NCBI RefSeq assembly: GCF_963921235.1
Contig: NC_086109.1
Location: forward strand, 2,358,001 to 2,418,000
Origin: Mobula hypostoma
Taxonomy: Eukaryota
Direction of reading: 5' to 3'
Length of the DNA: 60,000 nucleotides
Positions 23,991 to 36,474 of the stretch are shown here, in pieces. Position 1 is the stretch's first letter, and every line of letters starts with the position of its first letter. Under the pieces are notes generated by a model. The model searched no databases, had not been told where the DNA came from, and worked only from the letters and a program-made list of their open reading frames with translations. The position numbers and the translations under genes were made by a program.

Positions 23991-26750
23991 TAGAAACATA
24001 GAAACATAGAAATATAGAAAATAGGTGCAGGAGTAGGCCATTCGGCCCTTCGAGCCTGCACCGCCATTTATTATGATCATGGCTGATCATCCAACTCAGA
24101 ACCCAGCCTTCCCTCCATACCCCCTTATCCCTGTAGCCACAAGGGCCATATCTAACACCCTCTTAAACATAGCCAATGAACTGGCCTCAACAGTTTGCTG
24201 TGGCAGAGAATTCCACAGATTCACCACTCTCTGTGTGAAGAAGTTTTTCCTAATCTCGGTCCTAAAAGGCTTTCCCTCTATCCTCAAACTGTGACCCCTC
24301 GTTCTGGACCTCCCCAACATCGGGAACAATCTTCCCGCATCTAGCCTGTCCAATCCCTTTAGGATATTATACGTTTCAATCAGATCCCCCCTCAATCTTC
24401 TAAATTCCAACGAGTACAAGCCCAATTCATCCAGTCTTTCTTCATATGAAAGACCTGCCATCCCAGGAATCAATCTGGTGAACCTTCTTTGTACTCCCTC
24501 TATGGCAAAGATGTCTTTCCTCAGATTAGGGGACCAAAACTGCACACAATACTCCAGGTATGGTCTCACCAAGGCCTTGTACAACTGCAGTAGTACCTCC
24601 CTGCTCCTGTACTCGAATCCTCTCGCTATAAATGCCAGCATACCGTTCGCCTTTTTCACCGCCTGCTGTACCTGCATGCCCACTTTCAATGACTGGTGTA
24701 TAATGACACCCAGGTCTCGTTGCATCTCCCCTTTTCCTAATCGGCCACCATTCAGATAATAATCTGTTTTCCTATTTTTGCCACCAAAGTGGATAACTTC
24801 ACATTTATCCACATTAAATTGCATCTGACATGAGTTTGCCCACTCACCCAACCTATCCAAGTCACCCTGCATCCTCTTAGCATCCTCCTCACTGCTAACA
24901 CTGCCACTCAGCTTCGTGTCATCCGCAATCTTGGAGATGCTGCATTTAATTCCCTCATCCAAGTCATTAATATATATTGTAAACAACTGGTGTCCCAGCA
25001 CTGAGCCTTGTGGTACCCCACTAGTTACCGCCTGCCATTCTGAAAAGGTCCCGTTTATTCCCACTCTTTGCTTCCTGTCTGCTAACCAATTCTCCACCCA
25101 CACCAATACCTTACCCCCAATACCGTGTGCTTTAAGTTTGCACACTAATCTCCTGTGTGGGACCTTGTCAAAAGCCTTTTGAAAATCCAAATATACCACA
25201 TCCACTGGTTCTCCCCTATCCACTCTACTAGTTACATCCTCAAAAAATTCTATGAGATTCGTCAGACATGATTTTCCTTTCACAAATCCATGCTGACTTT
25301 GTCCAATCATTTCACCGCTTTCCAAATGTGCTGTTATCACATCCTTGATAACTGACTCCAGCAGTTTCCCCACCACCGACGTTAGGCTAACTGGCCTATA
25401 ATTCCCCGGTTTCTCTCTCCCTCCTTTTTTAAAAAGTGGGGTTACATTAGCCACCCTCCAATCCTCAGGAACTAGTCCAGAATCTAACGAGGTCTGAAAA
25501 ATTATCACTAATGCATCCACTATTTCTTGGGCTACTTCCTTAAGCACTCTAGGATGCAGACCATCTGGCCCTGGGGATTTATCTGCCTTCAATCCCTTCA
25601 ATTTACCTAACACCACTTCCCTACTAACATGTATTTCACTCAGTTCCTCCATCTCACTGGACCCTCTGTCCCTTACTATTTCTGGAAGATTATTAATGTC
25701 CTCCTTAGGCAAGACAGAACCAAAGTAATTATTCAATTGGTCTGCCATGTCCTTGCTCCCCATAATCAATTCACCTGTTTCTGTCTGCAGGGGACCTACA
25801 TTTGTCTTTACCAGTCTTTTCCTTTTTACATATCTATAAAAGCTTTTACAGTCCGTTTTTATGTTCTCTGCCAGTTTTCTCTCAAAATCTTTTTTCCCCT
25901 TCCTAATTAAGCCCTTTGTCCTCCTCTGCTGAACTCTGAATTTCTCCCAGTCCTCAGGTGAGCCACTTTCTCTGGCTAATTTGTATGCTACTTCTTTGGA
26001 ATTGATACTATCCCTAATTTCTCTTGTCAGCCACGGGTGCACTACCTTCCTTGATTTATTCTTTTGCCAAACTGGGATGAACAATTGTTGTAGTTCATCC
26101 ATGCAACCTTTAAATGCTTGCCATTGCATATCCACCGTCAATCCTTTAAGTGTCATTTGCCAGTCTATCTTAGCTAATTCACGTCTCATACCTTCAAAGT
26201 TACCCCTCTTTAAGTTCAGAACCTTTGTTTCTGAATTAACTATGTCACTCTCCATCTTAATGAAGAATTCCACCATATTATGGTCACTCTTACCCAAGGG
26301 GCCTCTCACGACAAGATCGCTAATTAACCCTTCCTCATTGCTCAAAACCCAGTCCAGAATAGCCTGCTCTCTAGTTGGTTCCTCGACATGTTGGTTCAAA
26401 AAAACATCCCGCATACATTCCAAGAAATCCTCTTCCTCAGCACCTTTACCAATTTGGTTCACCCAGTCTACATGTAGATTGAAGTCACCCATTATAACTG
26501 CTGTTCCTTTATTGCACACATTTCTAATTTCCTGTTTAATACCATCTCCAACCTCACTACTACTGTTAGGTGGCCTGTACACAACTCCCACCAGCGTCTT
26601 CTGCCCCTTAGTGTTACGCAGCTCTACCCATATCGATTCCACATCTTCCCGGCTTATGTCCTTCCTTTCTATTGCGTTAATCTCTTTTTTAACCAGCAAC
26701 GCCACCCCACCTCCCCTTCCTTCATGTCTATCCCTCCTGAATATTGAATA
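23991..26750 (-). mobile_element. Young CR1 family A with uninterrupted ORF2, truncated within the EN domain
   Basis: 903-aa ORF 24096-26807 (the first ~19 aa are flank); EN motifs YRPP, GDFN, SDH; RT motif reads KIADD; tail at 23991-24020. Confidence 0.95.
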
Positions 26751-27260
26751 TATTAGGCTCTCATCCCTTTTTAACTGTATTGTAAACCCCTGGAACAGCT
26801 CCAGCAAAATTTACCGCAACGCCATTGCGCCCCCCTCAGCTGACGTGCAAACTACCCCAATCATAAAGGTCCCATATTCCATCCAAGAGACCGTCTGGTT
26901 CAAACATGCGAAGCCACCCCACCCCGACCAAAACACGCACCATCTACTTGTCCACTTGGTGCACAGAATAATCTTTGCAGTTGTAGCATTTCCAATGCGT
27001 TACAGGTTTGCCCCGTCCTGCGAGGAGCACCGTGAAGGTTCTGCCACTTACCTTAGCATCGACTCGACGAGCTCACATTGCAGTATCTCCTCTCTTTCCT
27101 TGCCCATGTTCTTGGAACCGAAATGGTTAACAAACCTTTGGCCCTTCAACCCCAGCCCCACACCCACGCTCATAGCTCTATAGACTCGGTCGGAGGTGTC
27201 CCTGATTGTGGCATCAGGGAGGCAACAGAACATCTAAGAATCTTGTCATCAGAACCTCAT
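26751..27260 (-). mobile_element. Very old CR1 ORF1 region remnant
   Basis: MFCCLPDATIRDTSDRV... is similar to the ORF1 esterase block. Confidence 0.5.
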
Positions 27261-28958
27261 ATTGTTAAATAATCCGCCCCTCTTCTCCCCTTCCTTTCAC
27301 TCTCACAGAGCGATACTAAATGCCGCAGCTCTGAGTCCCCAGACCCGATACTATCTCCGACACATACACGTTATTAAGGACGCAGGTTTACCTACCGTGA
27401 CTGCTTTTACCCTTTAGCTGTCCTAATGGACACCCAGTGAGAATTATGACGAGAGATTAAGTAGATTAGCTTTATTTTACGAGAGTCTAGAAAAGCTGGA
27501 ACAAGGCAAGGCAGGTTCACATCCAGAGGACTACAGAAATGGGCTCAAAGTATAAAAAAGGGGGATTGCTGATTTGGCATTGGAACGAGGAGAAACGACT
27601 TCACTCGCGTTGTGCAGAAACAATGGTAGTTCTCCTCGGAGGTCTCTGGGGGCCTATGCGTTCAAACTGCTTATTGAAAAGATTGTTGAAATAGAGATAT
27701 AACAAATATCGACATTGGGTGGCATATATAACAGGATAAAGTTTTATGGTCCAACAAGTGCATGTCGACAGTAATACATATTTCCGCCAATTAAACGATC
27801 CAGTCAACTGGTTGTTGTGGAATCGAAGTCACGAAATGATACAAAAGAGGCCAGGGATTCAGTCATTCTTTTCTATAGTTCCTTAAGTTCGAATATAGTG
27901 ATCCGTCACATTCAAAATAATCCGCTTATTTCATTTGTCTCCGAGGAAGTTTCGAAGTAACTTTCAATCCCATATATTGAGGTCATCTCACGCGAACGTC
28001 TGCATGTTCATCTTTTATTCACTTCTCATATCAAATTTATTTACCAAGCTTACTGCATACCTATCTCGACCTACTGGTGAACTACTGGGTGTTCTCGGCA
28101 TTTTTCTGCATTTACTTCATCTTTCCAGCATATGCAGTATCTTACGAGTCTGCCAGACTATGCATTATTGAGGAGTGAGGTTTGATCTAACCGGAAGGTG
28201 GTGTGCTTCCCTTCAGCAGGCAATGAATTCATCATAAGAACTGGGATATAGTACTGAAGGTGTACAATGCGGTGGTTGGGCCGCATTTGGATCAATGTGA
28301 ATAATCATGTTTTGCGCGTTGCATTAAGGATATGGTGGCAACAGAGATTCATAGGTAGCATGGGATGGAAGGCCGTAGTTACGATGAAAGACTGGAACGT
28401 CTGGATTTATGTTCCATGATGACTATGGGCTAAGCTCACAGAAGTTAGAAAATTACGGGGAGTGTACATAGCATTGCTAATCTCTACATCAAGGGAGCGT
28501 TTTCTTCTCCATGACAGGAGAATCAACAGCTATGGAGAGAGCGGCGGATTTTAAAGGAGATCTGAAGGGTTCGGTGTTGGTGATCCGAAATGAGCTAACG
28601 GTGAATGTGGTATTGGAATCGTGCTCAGAATCAGATTTACTACTGAGATCTTCTGAGAAATACGTTGTTTTGCTATGGTGTATCTAAATACCCCAATCTA
28701 AAGTAACTTGGAAGGGGTGGATAGGAAATGGATGGACGGAGAGTGATTCAATGGCGGATTAGCATAGGCGGGCATCACGGTGTACATGGAAGAGATATAA
28801 CAGAAGAGATAATTTCTGTTCTGCTCTGTTCTATCAATCGATAATACGGGGAAATCTGTTTGGCAGAACGAAAATATGTTGGAACAGTAATGTATGTTTT
28901 TGTTGGTTTAATCTTTGTCAATGTCAGAGAAGTGTCGATGGCAGCGAATCTAATTCAA

Positions 28959-29095
28959 TTTATTTCTTTATTTATTGAGGTAAAGCGTGAAAAAGGCCCT
29001 TCCAATCATTCGAGCCCCAGCGCCAGCTGCCCCCGCGACGTAATCCTAGCCTAATCACGCGACAATTTTGCAATGACCAATTAACCTATCTAACC
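28959..29095 (-). mobile_element. SINE 3' fragment (V-SINE/HE1-like) abutting the GPCR stop codon
   Basis: (TTTA)n tail on the plus strand at 28959-28977 and gacaattttgcaatgaccaattaaccta body; similar to 33147-33290; absent from the paralogous flank near 7960. Confidence 0.6.
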
Positions 29096-30000
29096 TCTTT
29101 CAGTACATAATTTAGCAATGAGACTGAAAGGATATGTCGCTATTCTCTTGAGCTCATCTCTGAACTTCTTCTGAGTCAGAGCATAAACGGCAGTGTTGGT
29201 GCAAGTTCCAAGATAGAACAGCATGGCACCTGCCCGGTCAGCGATAATGACGGGGTGGTTATAGCTCGGATAAGCATGCCTGTTGGAAACTTCCATCAGA
29301 ATGAAAACGGATACCTTCGTCAGCCACAGCAATATGAAGCTACCCGACACCACAAACAGCAGGATGATGGACCTCCGCCTTTGAGCCAACTCGGGGTCTG
29401 ATCGCTGAACCCCGCTGTTGGGCCTTTTGAGTCCCCTGCGAGCTCTGTTTGCCAGCACAATGTGCCTGACAGTCGTGATGTTGAGTATCAGGATCAGGAA
29501 GTAGGGGATCAGTGGATTGAGCAGGTGGTGAATCCAGAAAAATGCCACCCAGCCAGGCAAACTGAAGAACTCCAGCTTGATGGCGCAGCCCCAGGGTATT
29601 CCATTATAGAAGCCGTAAGGTTCGGATCTGAAATAAAAAGGTATATTCCTTAAAAAGCTCAAAGCAGTCACAGTTGTTATAACTATCGCCGCCGTCTTTG
29701 TAGTGCAATATTTAACTTTCAGATTGTGACAACAAATTGCCACGAATCGGTCAACGGTGAACGCGATAGTCAGCCAAACAGAACAGTCGATTGTGGTGTA
29801 GCCCAGTAGAAGAACAGTGCTGCATACCGGTGTGTAGAACCAGAACATGGCTGGGAAAAGCCTGTGAAGAAGACTCTTGAGTATTATACAGAAGATAACG
29901 ACCAGTAGGTCTGCTGTTGCCATGGAAATCAGGTAGGCAGAAACTCCTTTGGAGAGGTCGCCGTTTCCCCTCGAGAGAATCGCTATCGTCATGGAGTTAG
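29090..30000 (-). CDS. GPR139-like class A GPCR, exon 2 (TM1 end to stop), intact
   Basis: Open frame; acceptor tcttctttcacAG at 30002-30001, phase 1 (G|CT AAC = A-N). Motifs YLISMATADLL, TM3 Cys, DCSVWLTIAFTVDRFVAIC, LWLT and NTAVY..KKFR align with GPR139/GPR142 landmarks (ANILT, YLLALAAAD, SIWITVPLTIDRYIAVC). Confidence 0.9.
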
Positions 30001-30534
30001 CTGTGAAAGAAGACGAGCATGTTATGCCGGAAAACGACTTCGTACTCCAGTAAATTTATGTAAATGAAATACCGACGAATTGAGCAATAATTAATTTTTA
30101 GTGCATTTCTCTCTATTTTGAGATGAGTTCACATGTACTAATTCTAAAACGGGTGATAAAAATAATATTAGTAACTTTATTTATTGACCAATTTTTATAC
30201 GATTTTCATACAGACGATAGTTTTACAATGCTTTACAATGGCATAAGAGTACAAACATAAAAAGAAAATTAAAAAGGTTGAAAATAAAAGACAAAAAGAT
30301 GGCAGTTGAAATCATAGTCATTAAACAGATTCTGAGCTGGCTTTTAAAAGTGTTGACTGAGTCTGTCTGTCATAACGTTTTAGCTACCTGTATTGAATTC
30401 CGAAGTTGAGGAAAGTAGTTCAAAATAGCTGCCCTCACAATACCAAAGTATGTAATTGTATTCGATTAGCAATTGTGAGATTCGTTTCCTTGCGGGCAGA
30501 GCAAAACAAACAGACACAATAGATCCCCTTAAAC

Positions 30535-30548
30535 AGAGAGAGAGAGAT

Positions 30549-30581
<33 letters not shown>

Positions 30582-30588
30582 TAGAGAC

Positions 30589-30655
<67 letters not shown>

Positions 30656-30700
30656 GAGAGATAGAGAGATAGAGAGAGATAGAGATAGAGATATATATAT

Positions 30701-30735
<35 letters not shown>

Positions 30736-30802
30736 TAGAGACATAGAGAGATAGATATATATATATAGAGAGAGATAGAGATAGAGAAATAGAGAGAGAG
30801 AT

Positions 30803-30858
<56 letters not shown>

Positions 30859-30884
30859 TGAGAGAGATAGAGATAGAGAGAGAG

Positions 30885-30925
<41 letters not shown>
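30535..30925. repeat. Compound (AG)n/(AT)n/(AGAT)n microsatellite
   Basis: Directly visible. Confidence 0.98.
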
Positions 30926-31509
30926 CTGACACTGACTCACGTCCAAGAGCCTAATGGCTACAGGTTGTCCGAATAAAATATATTTACCTTCTGCATCATA
31001 TGAATGTATGAGCACCCGAAAACCGAAATTATCGACAAATAGAGTAAAGAAAAAAAATAAATCTGGCTCTTCGGCAGCGGCTGACTCCACTGCTCTCTGT
31101 GCAAAAGACCAATAGGTTAACCTTCACACACTTCACAATGAGATATTTGCCTCTGAAAATTAAGTCAAACAAGTACACTCAGAAACGGGGCAGTTCATGT
31201 AGTTTTGATCGTCCGTCCAGAATATAGCTTTCCTACTGATATTCAATTCCGAGTTTTGACTGGTCACTGAGACGCAGATACGGAAAGCTCCGGACAGTCT
31301 AGGGACTAGTCTAGGATATGGTCGTGGCTCTGGCGATTATTATTCAAATCAAAGTTAGCATATTCATCATTTAGTTCTCAAAACACAGTTCAAGCAGGTA
31401 AATCAACTAAAGTTAAACTGAAATCGATGCAGTTGTTAACGGAAAATGGGGTGGCCTTTGACCACAGCTGGATATAAATTTGTTGCTGAAATAGCCTGCC
31501 TCAAACATT

Positions 31510-31657
31510 AAAGTAAATTCATTATCAAAGTACATATATGTCACCACTGAGGTTAATTTTCTTACGAGTACACTCAACAAATCCATAGAATAATAAGGAT
31601 GATGATAATAATAATAATAGTAATAGTAGTAGTACTGTAGTAGTAGTAATAATAATG

Positions 31658-31690
<33 letters not shown>

Positions 31691-31768
31691 TAAATGAAGG
31701 CCTTCACCGACTTGGACGTCAAACCAGGGTATAAAAGACAACAAACTGCGCAAATAGAAATAAAAATA

Positions 31769-31799
<31 letters not shown>

Positions 31800-32555
31800 C
31801 AAGAAATAAATATCCAGAACATGAGATGAAGAAACCTTGTAAATGAGATCACAGGTTACGGGAGCATTTCAATGATAAGGAAGTTGAGCGAGGTTTTCCC
31901 CTTTGGTTCAAGATCCTGGATGGATGATGGATAACAATTGTTGGTGAACCTGGTGGTGTAAGTCGTAAAGCTCCTGTACCTTTTTGTTTGTTTTGGAAGA
32001 AGCGAGAAATGATCATGCCCTGGGTTGTTTGAGCCACTGGTAATGGAGGATGCTTCCTGTGTCAGTGTTTCATGTGGATGTGCTTAGTGGTGGGGAGAGC
32101 TTTCACCATGGCGGACTGGGCCGTATCCACGAATTTTTGTAGGGTTTTCTGTTCAAGGATATTCGTGTTTCCATACAAGGTTGTGCTGCAGCCAGTCAAT
32201 GTACTATCCACGACACATCTATAGACGTTTGTCAAATATTTAGATGTCATACTGCATTTAAGAAAACTTCTAAGGAAGTACTTGCATCCTTAGAAAAATT
32301 GGAACGGATCCGAGACACTTCCATGGAGGAGTTGATACGTTTCATCAATATCCTCTCAGGACACTTTATCACTGCGAATGTAAGTACTACTGGATGTTAG
32401 TCATTAATGCAGGTCGCCATGTTCTTCTCAAGCAGCGGTATGATTGAAGCCTGCTTGAAGCAGATGGATACCTAAGACTGCCGGAGAGAAGTTAAAGGTC
32501 TCAGAGAGCAGCCGGCTGCTCAGCACAGGTCTTAAGTACTTGACCAGGAACCGGT
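31510..32555 (-). mobile_element. Rex1/Babar LINE 3' portion with (AAT)n expansions in the 3' UTR
   Basis: LTNVYRCVVDSTLTGCSTTLYGN...LQKFVDTAQ; (AAT)n runs at 31590-31800. Confidence 0.75.
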
Positions 32556-32564
32556 GCAAGATTT

Positions 32565-32810
32565 TTCTTCCCCTGTTGTTCGCCCATCGTTGAAGTCGAT
32601 GAGGACCTCGACACCATTATGATGGTGTCGAGGCTAGCGCTTGATTTGGATTTAAGTGAGGGAGAGTTGCGCAGCGCCAGCCTCGCTCTGTCTTCCCAAT
32701 TCCCATCTGGATCTAGTGGCAAGACAGAGTCGAGACGGCTGGAGATGGGTCTAGGCGCAGTCGATGACCAGGACGTCTATTGTGTCTTGTCCTGCTCTAC
32801 ACGTTCCACA
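32565..32810 (-). mobile_element. RTE-clade-like terminal segment with a perfect hairpin
   Basis: GC/CpG-rich block; 12-bp stem at 32606-32633; ttggatttaagtgagggag...ccagcctc...agtggcaaga resembles RTE-derived repeats as recalled, not verified by search. Confidence 0.5.
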
Positions 32811-33146
32811 CCTAAATGTGAGAGGCGCATTTCGGAGGCACTAGCGTGTAGAAGTAATAATAGGGTCCCGAAGAGTAATGAGGAATAGGGGATCTTGGTA
32901 TTGAACTTAAGGTATCCCTAAAGCGTACATATGTAATGCGGTTAAATAGCCCTATAGGACACTTGTCATTATCAGTCGGGGAAATGAGTAAAAAACATGG
33001 ATGTAATGTCGTAGCTTTGGAACACAACGGTGATATATCGGCTGAAGTAGCACCCTTCAATTGTCGTCACCATACTTGTCGAAAAAAATGGCAGCCCGGG
33101 CAAGGATGCTAGGACATTTCAGGATATTTGGTACAGAGCGTTTCAA

Positions 33147-33292
33147 TTATTTTATTTAGTGATACAGTACGGTAAGAGGTTCTACCGAACAAAGGTACGG
33201 CCCGCTCAGTTACAACCATGTGACTGAACCTACTAAACCTAGTGTTTTCGGGAATGTGGGAGGAAACTGGAATACACGGAGGAAACCCGGAC
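33147..33292 (-). mobile_element. V-SINE/HE1-like SINE fragment
   Basis: tgtgggaggaaactgga...cggaggaaaccc core plus TTTTATTT tail. Confidence 0.6.
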
Positions 33293-33309
33293 CTAGTTTA
33301 TGACCCTCA

Positions 33310-33825
33310 CAGACTCACAGGTAAAGGGCTGCCTCACGTGGAAGGACTTTTTAGGGCCCTGAATAGTAGTGAGGGAGGGGGTGTAGGGGCAGGTGTAGCA
33401 CTCGTTCCACTTCCCCCTGGATAAGTGCTAGGAGAAAGATCAGTGTTCAGTGGGGAGGCAGAAATGGAAAGGGAGTTGCGTAGGGAGCAAAAGCAGAAAG
33501 TGGGGCGTGTGGGGGAGGGAAAGATGTGTTTGGTGGTGGGATCCAGTTGGAAGTGGTGGAGGTTTCGGAGGATTATGTGCTGGACGCGGAGCCTGGTGGG
33601 GTGGAAGGTAAGGACAAGAGCAGCTCTATCCCTGGTAGCGTGGCCGGAGGATGGGGTAAGTGCCGACGTGCGTAAAATCGAAGAGATGTGGCTGAGGGCA
33701 GCGTTGATGTTGGAGGAAGGGAAGCTCCTTTCATTGAAGGAGGACATTTCCGTCGTCCGAGAATGAAGAGCCTCATTCTGAGAGCAGATGCAGTGGAGAC
33801 TGAGGAATTGAGAGAAGGGTAGTCA
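33310..33825 (-). mobile_element. Penelope-like element fragment (RT-EN linker)
   Basis: LVLTFHPTRLRVQHIILRNLHHFQLDPTTKHIFPSP, homologous to about 38430-38875. Confidence 0.8.
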
Positions 33826-34974
33826 TTTGCTGTATTTCGAACGAAGGTTTTAGATTCTTGATTGGTAATACACTGCAGCAGAAGGCTGGTGGATGGGGTC
33901 AAGAGTGATAATAAATTAGCCATGGTAAATAGTGAAGCAGGCCTTGATAGACCGAATGGTCTAAATATCCTCCTATATCTTATGGTCTTATGGCCTTGAC
34001 AAATGGAGACATTTTCAAAGAGAGTTTAAGGCTAGATCTTTCTCAAAAGTGTGCGTAACAAACATAGAGCAATCAAGGAACTCTAGTATATAAAACCTGA
34101 GAACACGATTGATGGCGCACCTCCATCTGGAATAAGTCCATTCAACAACTACCCTCTGTCTTCTATAAGCAAGTCAGTTCTGAATAGAAGCGGTCAATTC
34201 CCCATGGATCCCATGCATCTCAGTCTTCCGGATGGGCCTTCTTGTCAAACACCGTACTAAAATTCCTGTAGACAACATTCACGGCTCTGTCGTCATCAAT
34301 CAGCCTCGACACCTCTTCCAAAGACTCGTTCGAGTTAACAAAGTAACCGGAATGAGCAAGAAACCAAAGAGAAATAAATATCAACATCAGTTGCAGTGGC
34401 TTTAGAGTGAGAGAATACACTGCAGCGATTGAACCGATTCAGTAATAAATCGCTCTGCTCACAGTGACTATGGTATACATGTATGGTCGCGATTCTGTAA
34501 GTTGGCAAGAGAGTAAATTCCGATCATGTGTGACTTTTGACTGAAATACAGAACCATGTTCATCTGGAAAAAATGTATCGATCGTTTTCCTTTTTGAATG
34601 GAATGTAGGAGGCTTGGGAATGGCTTTGTTATAGGCTTTACAGTTAATTCAGGGATCGATAGGAGAAATATCAGGGAATCTAATTCGTTTAGAGCAAGAT
34701 ACCAAAGGATTTCGGCACATGATGAATTTGAAGTGGCAGAACGTTCAACGATATCTGACAGATGCTCACAGGAGGTTAAAACATCTTTGGTCACACCTTA
34801 ATTGGAATATCGCCTGTTCGTCTTCAACATATCAGGCAGATCAAGAAAGCAAAAGTCTGCGTTGCTCTTAACACATTTCGTTTTAATTGATTTGATTTTT
34901 TTTGGTGTTGCCGATCCATCACGAACTTTTCTGTTCACGATAAACAATTATTTAGTTTTCTCTATCTTCCCTCG

Positions 34975-35090
34975 ATTTGTTAAAGGCACTCCGACCTGAA
35001 ACGTTATCTCTGTCTTGATCCACAGGTGCTCTCTGAACTGCCGAGTGCTCCCAGCCCTTCTAGCCTAAATTCGGATTTCAAGTTTTTGCT
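34975..35090 (+). mobile_element. Degenerate PLE terminal repeat with a decayed hammerhead
   Basis: gacctgaaacgttatctctgt...ccacaggtgct...gagtgctcccagc; the CTGAnGA box is lost. Confidence 0.5.
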
Positions 35091-36330
35091 TGAACAACAT
35101 TTTTCCCCTTCTGACGGAAGTGCCACAGCAGACCAAATGCACTGTACTGTACCCGAGAGCTGTAGAACCCATGCTTCTGGACAGTACTTTCGGCGTCATT
35201 TCAGCACCTTGTTTACTGTTGCTGGCTGCAGCTGTCGATGTAACCACGATTACTGCAACCAAGCCTCCGTTTTTGCCATTATTTGTATGCCAAAAAGAGC
35301 AGCGGAATCACCGACTATATGACCAAAAGGAACTACACAGGGGTAAACTAATTGGTTTTCATTTAAATATAGCTGTGTTATCTATTATGAGATGTTTACG
35401 AATGCATAGCCCCAGCTCTGTATCCCACCAACAATCAGCGGAAGAGATCAACGTTAAATCCTATGTTCTGATCAGAATATGCCTTAAAATTGATCTCCTT
35501 CCCCCTCGCAGGTGATACCCATACAGAATGGAAAAAGGGTCTTAGGCCCGTCACGTCTAAGTTAACTAACATGCACCCATCTATATCAATCGCATGTCCA
35601 AAGTTTCATCTCCGTGCCCTTCTCTGCCTCTGTAGTTTGTGGTCCACTAAATATTGATTATGATGTGTGCGCGTCAGCCTCCCGGATTCTCTCAGGCAGT
35701 GTCCCCCAAACTACAGCCACCAGCTTGGCGATTAACATATACCTTACGTTCGTTCGAAATATTTTAGTCTTACAGAAGCATACCTCTAGTTGTTGACACG
35801 CAGAATTTGGATTAAATGTTTTTTTCACTACCTTACGCATGCCTCTCAGAATTTCGTACACCTCTGCTTGGAAACTCATTTCTTCCCATGCCAAAGTAAA
35901 TAAATGCACCCCATCCCGTCTCTTGTAACTGAAATATTAAATTCCAAGAAATATCCTAATAAATCTGCTCTACTCGCTCTCTAGTGAAGTAAAATTACTA
36001 CTGAAATGTGAGGCGAGAAATGCGCAGAATATTCCATATGGGACGCCATCAATGCTTTATAACTTCCGTGCTCTAATTCTTCTCGCCTGCTTTCTCCGGC
36101 ACCTTATCTAGGTCAGGGACCTTTGGACTTGTAGTACCAGGCCTCTCATCTATTTAGTACGCCCCGTGACTCACGGTATATTTCCCTCCGTCATTTGACC
36201 TCCCTTCATGCGAGCATTTCACGCCACATTCGGTAGTATTGAGCTTTCATACTGTCAGTGTGGATTGAAACACATCCAGCAAATGCAGGTAAGTACTGTC
36301 ATGCTCTATTAAACGTGCGAATCCACTTAC

Positions 36331-36400
36331 CCAGGACACCGACGGTTGCCAGACAACTGTTGAAATAGAATTCGATTAGAAGGATTACAGGCTTATTCAT
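36331..36400 (-). CDS. GPR139-like GPCR exon 1 (MNKPVILLIEFYFNSCLATVGVL+G)
   Basis: aaaATG start; 70 nt ending at a consensus G|GTAAGT donor (36330). Phase 1 matches the acceptor at 30001, giving VGVLAN, equivalent to GPR139 LGLPAN. The joined CDS is 981 nt, 326 aa. Confidence 0.85.
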
Positions 36401-36463
36401 TTTTGCAAAGATTCTGCAGGTTTCCACGAGGGGCTCCCAGTGCAAATCGTGTCGAGACAAGTG

Positions 36464-36474
36464 CCTTATAAATC
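36464..36474 (-). promoter_or_regulatory. Candidate TATA-like box of the intact GPCR gene
   Basis: GATTTATAAGG about 70 nt upstream of the exon 1 ATG; positional evidence only. Confidence 0.3.

Noticed and set aside
24096..26807. 903-aa ORF as an autonomous or domesticated RT gene
   Set aside because: The EN N-terminus is missing, the start is a non-ATG codon in flanking DNA, and the catalytic motif is altered from FADD to IADD
25981..27183. 400-aa plus-strand ORF, and similar recurring ORFs such as 2076-2480 and 53861-54553
   Set aside because: Antisense shadows of CR1 ORF2; they recur only because the element recurs
30380..31852. Ser/Leu/Ile/Tyr-rich ORFs that look like membrane proteins
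   Set aside because: Translations of AG/AT and AAT microsatellites
32506..32521. 16-bp perfect palindrome gagcagccggctgctc
   Set aside because: Single occurrence inside a decayed Rex1 fragment, with no supporting context
29090..36400. Assigning the symbol GPR139
   Set aside because: The protein is divergent and multi-copy; orthology cannot be established without a phylogeny
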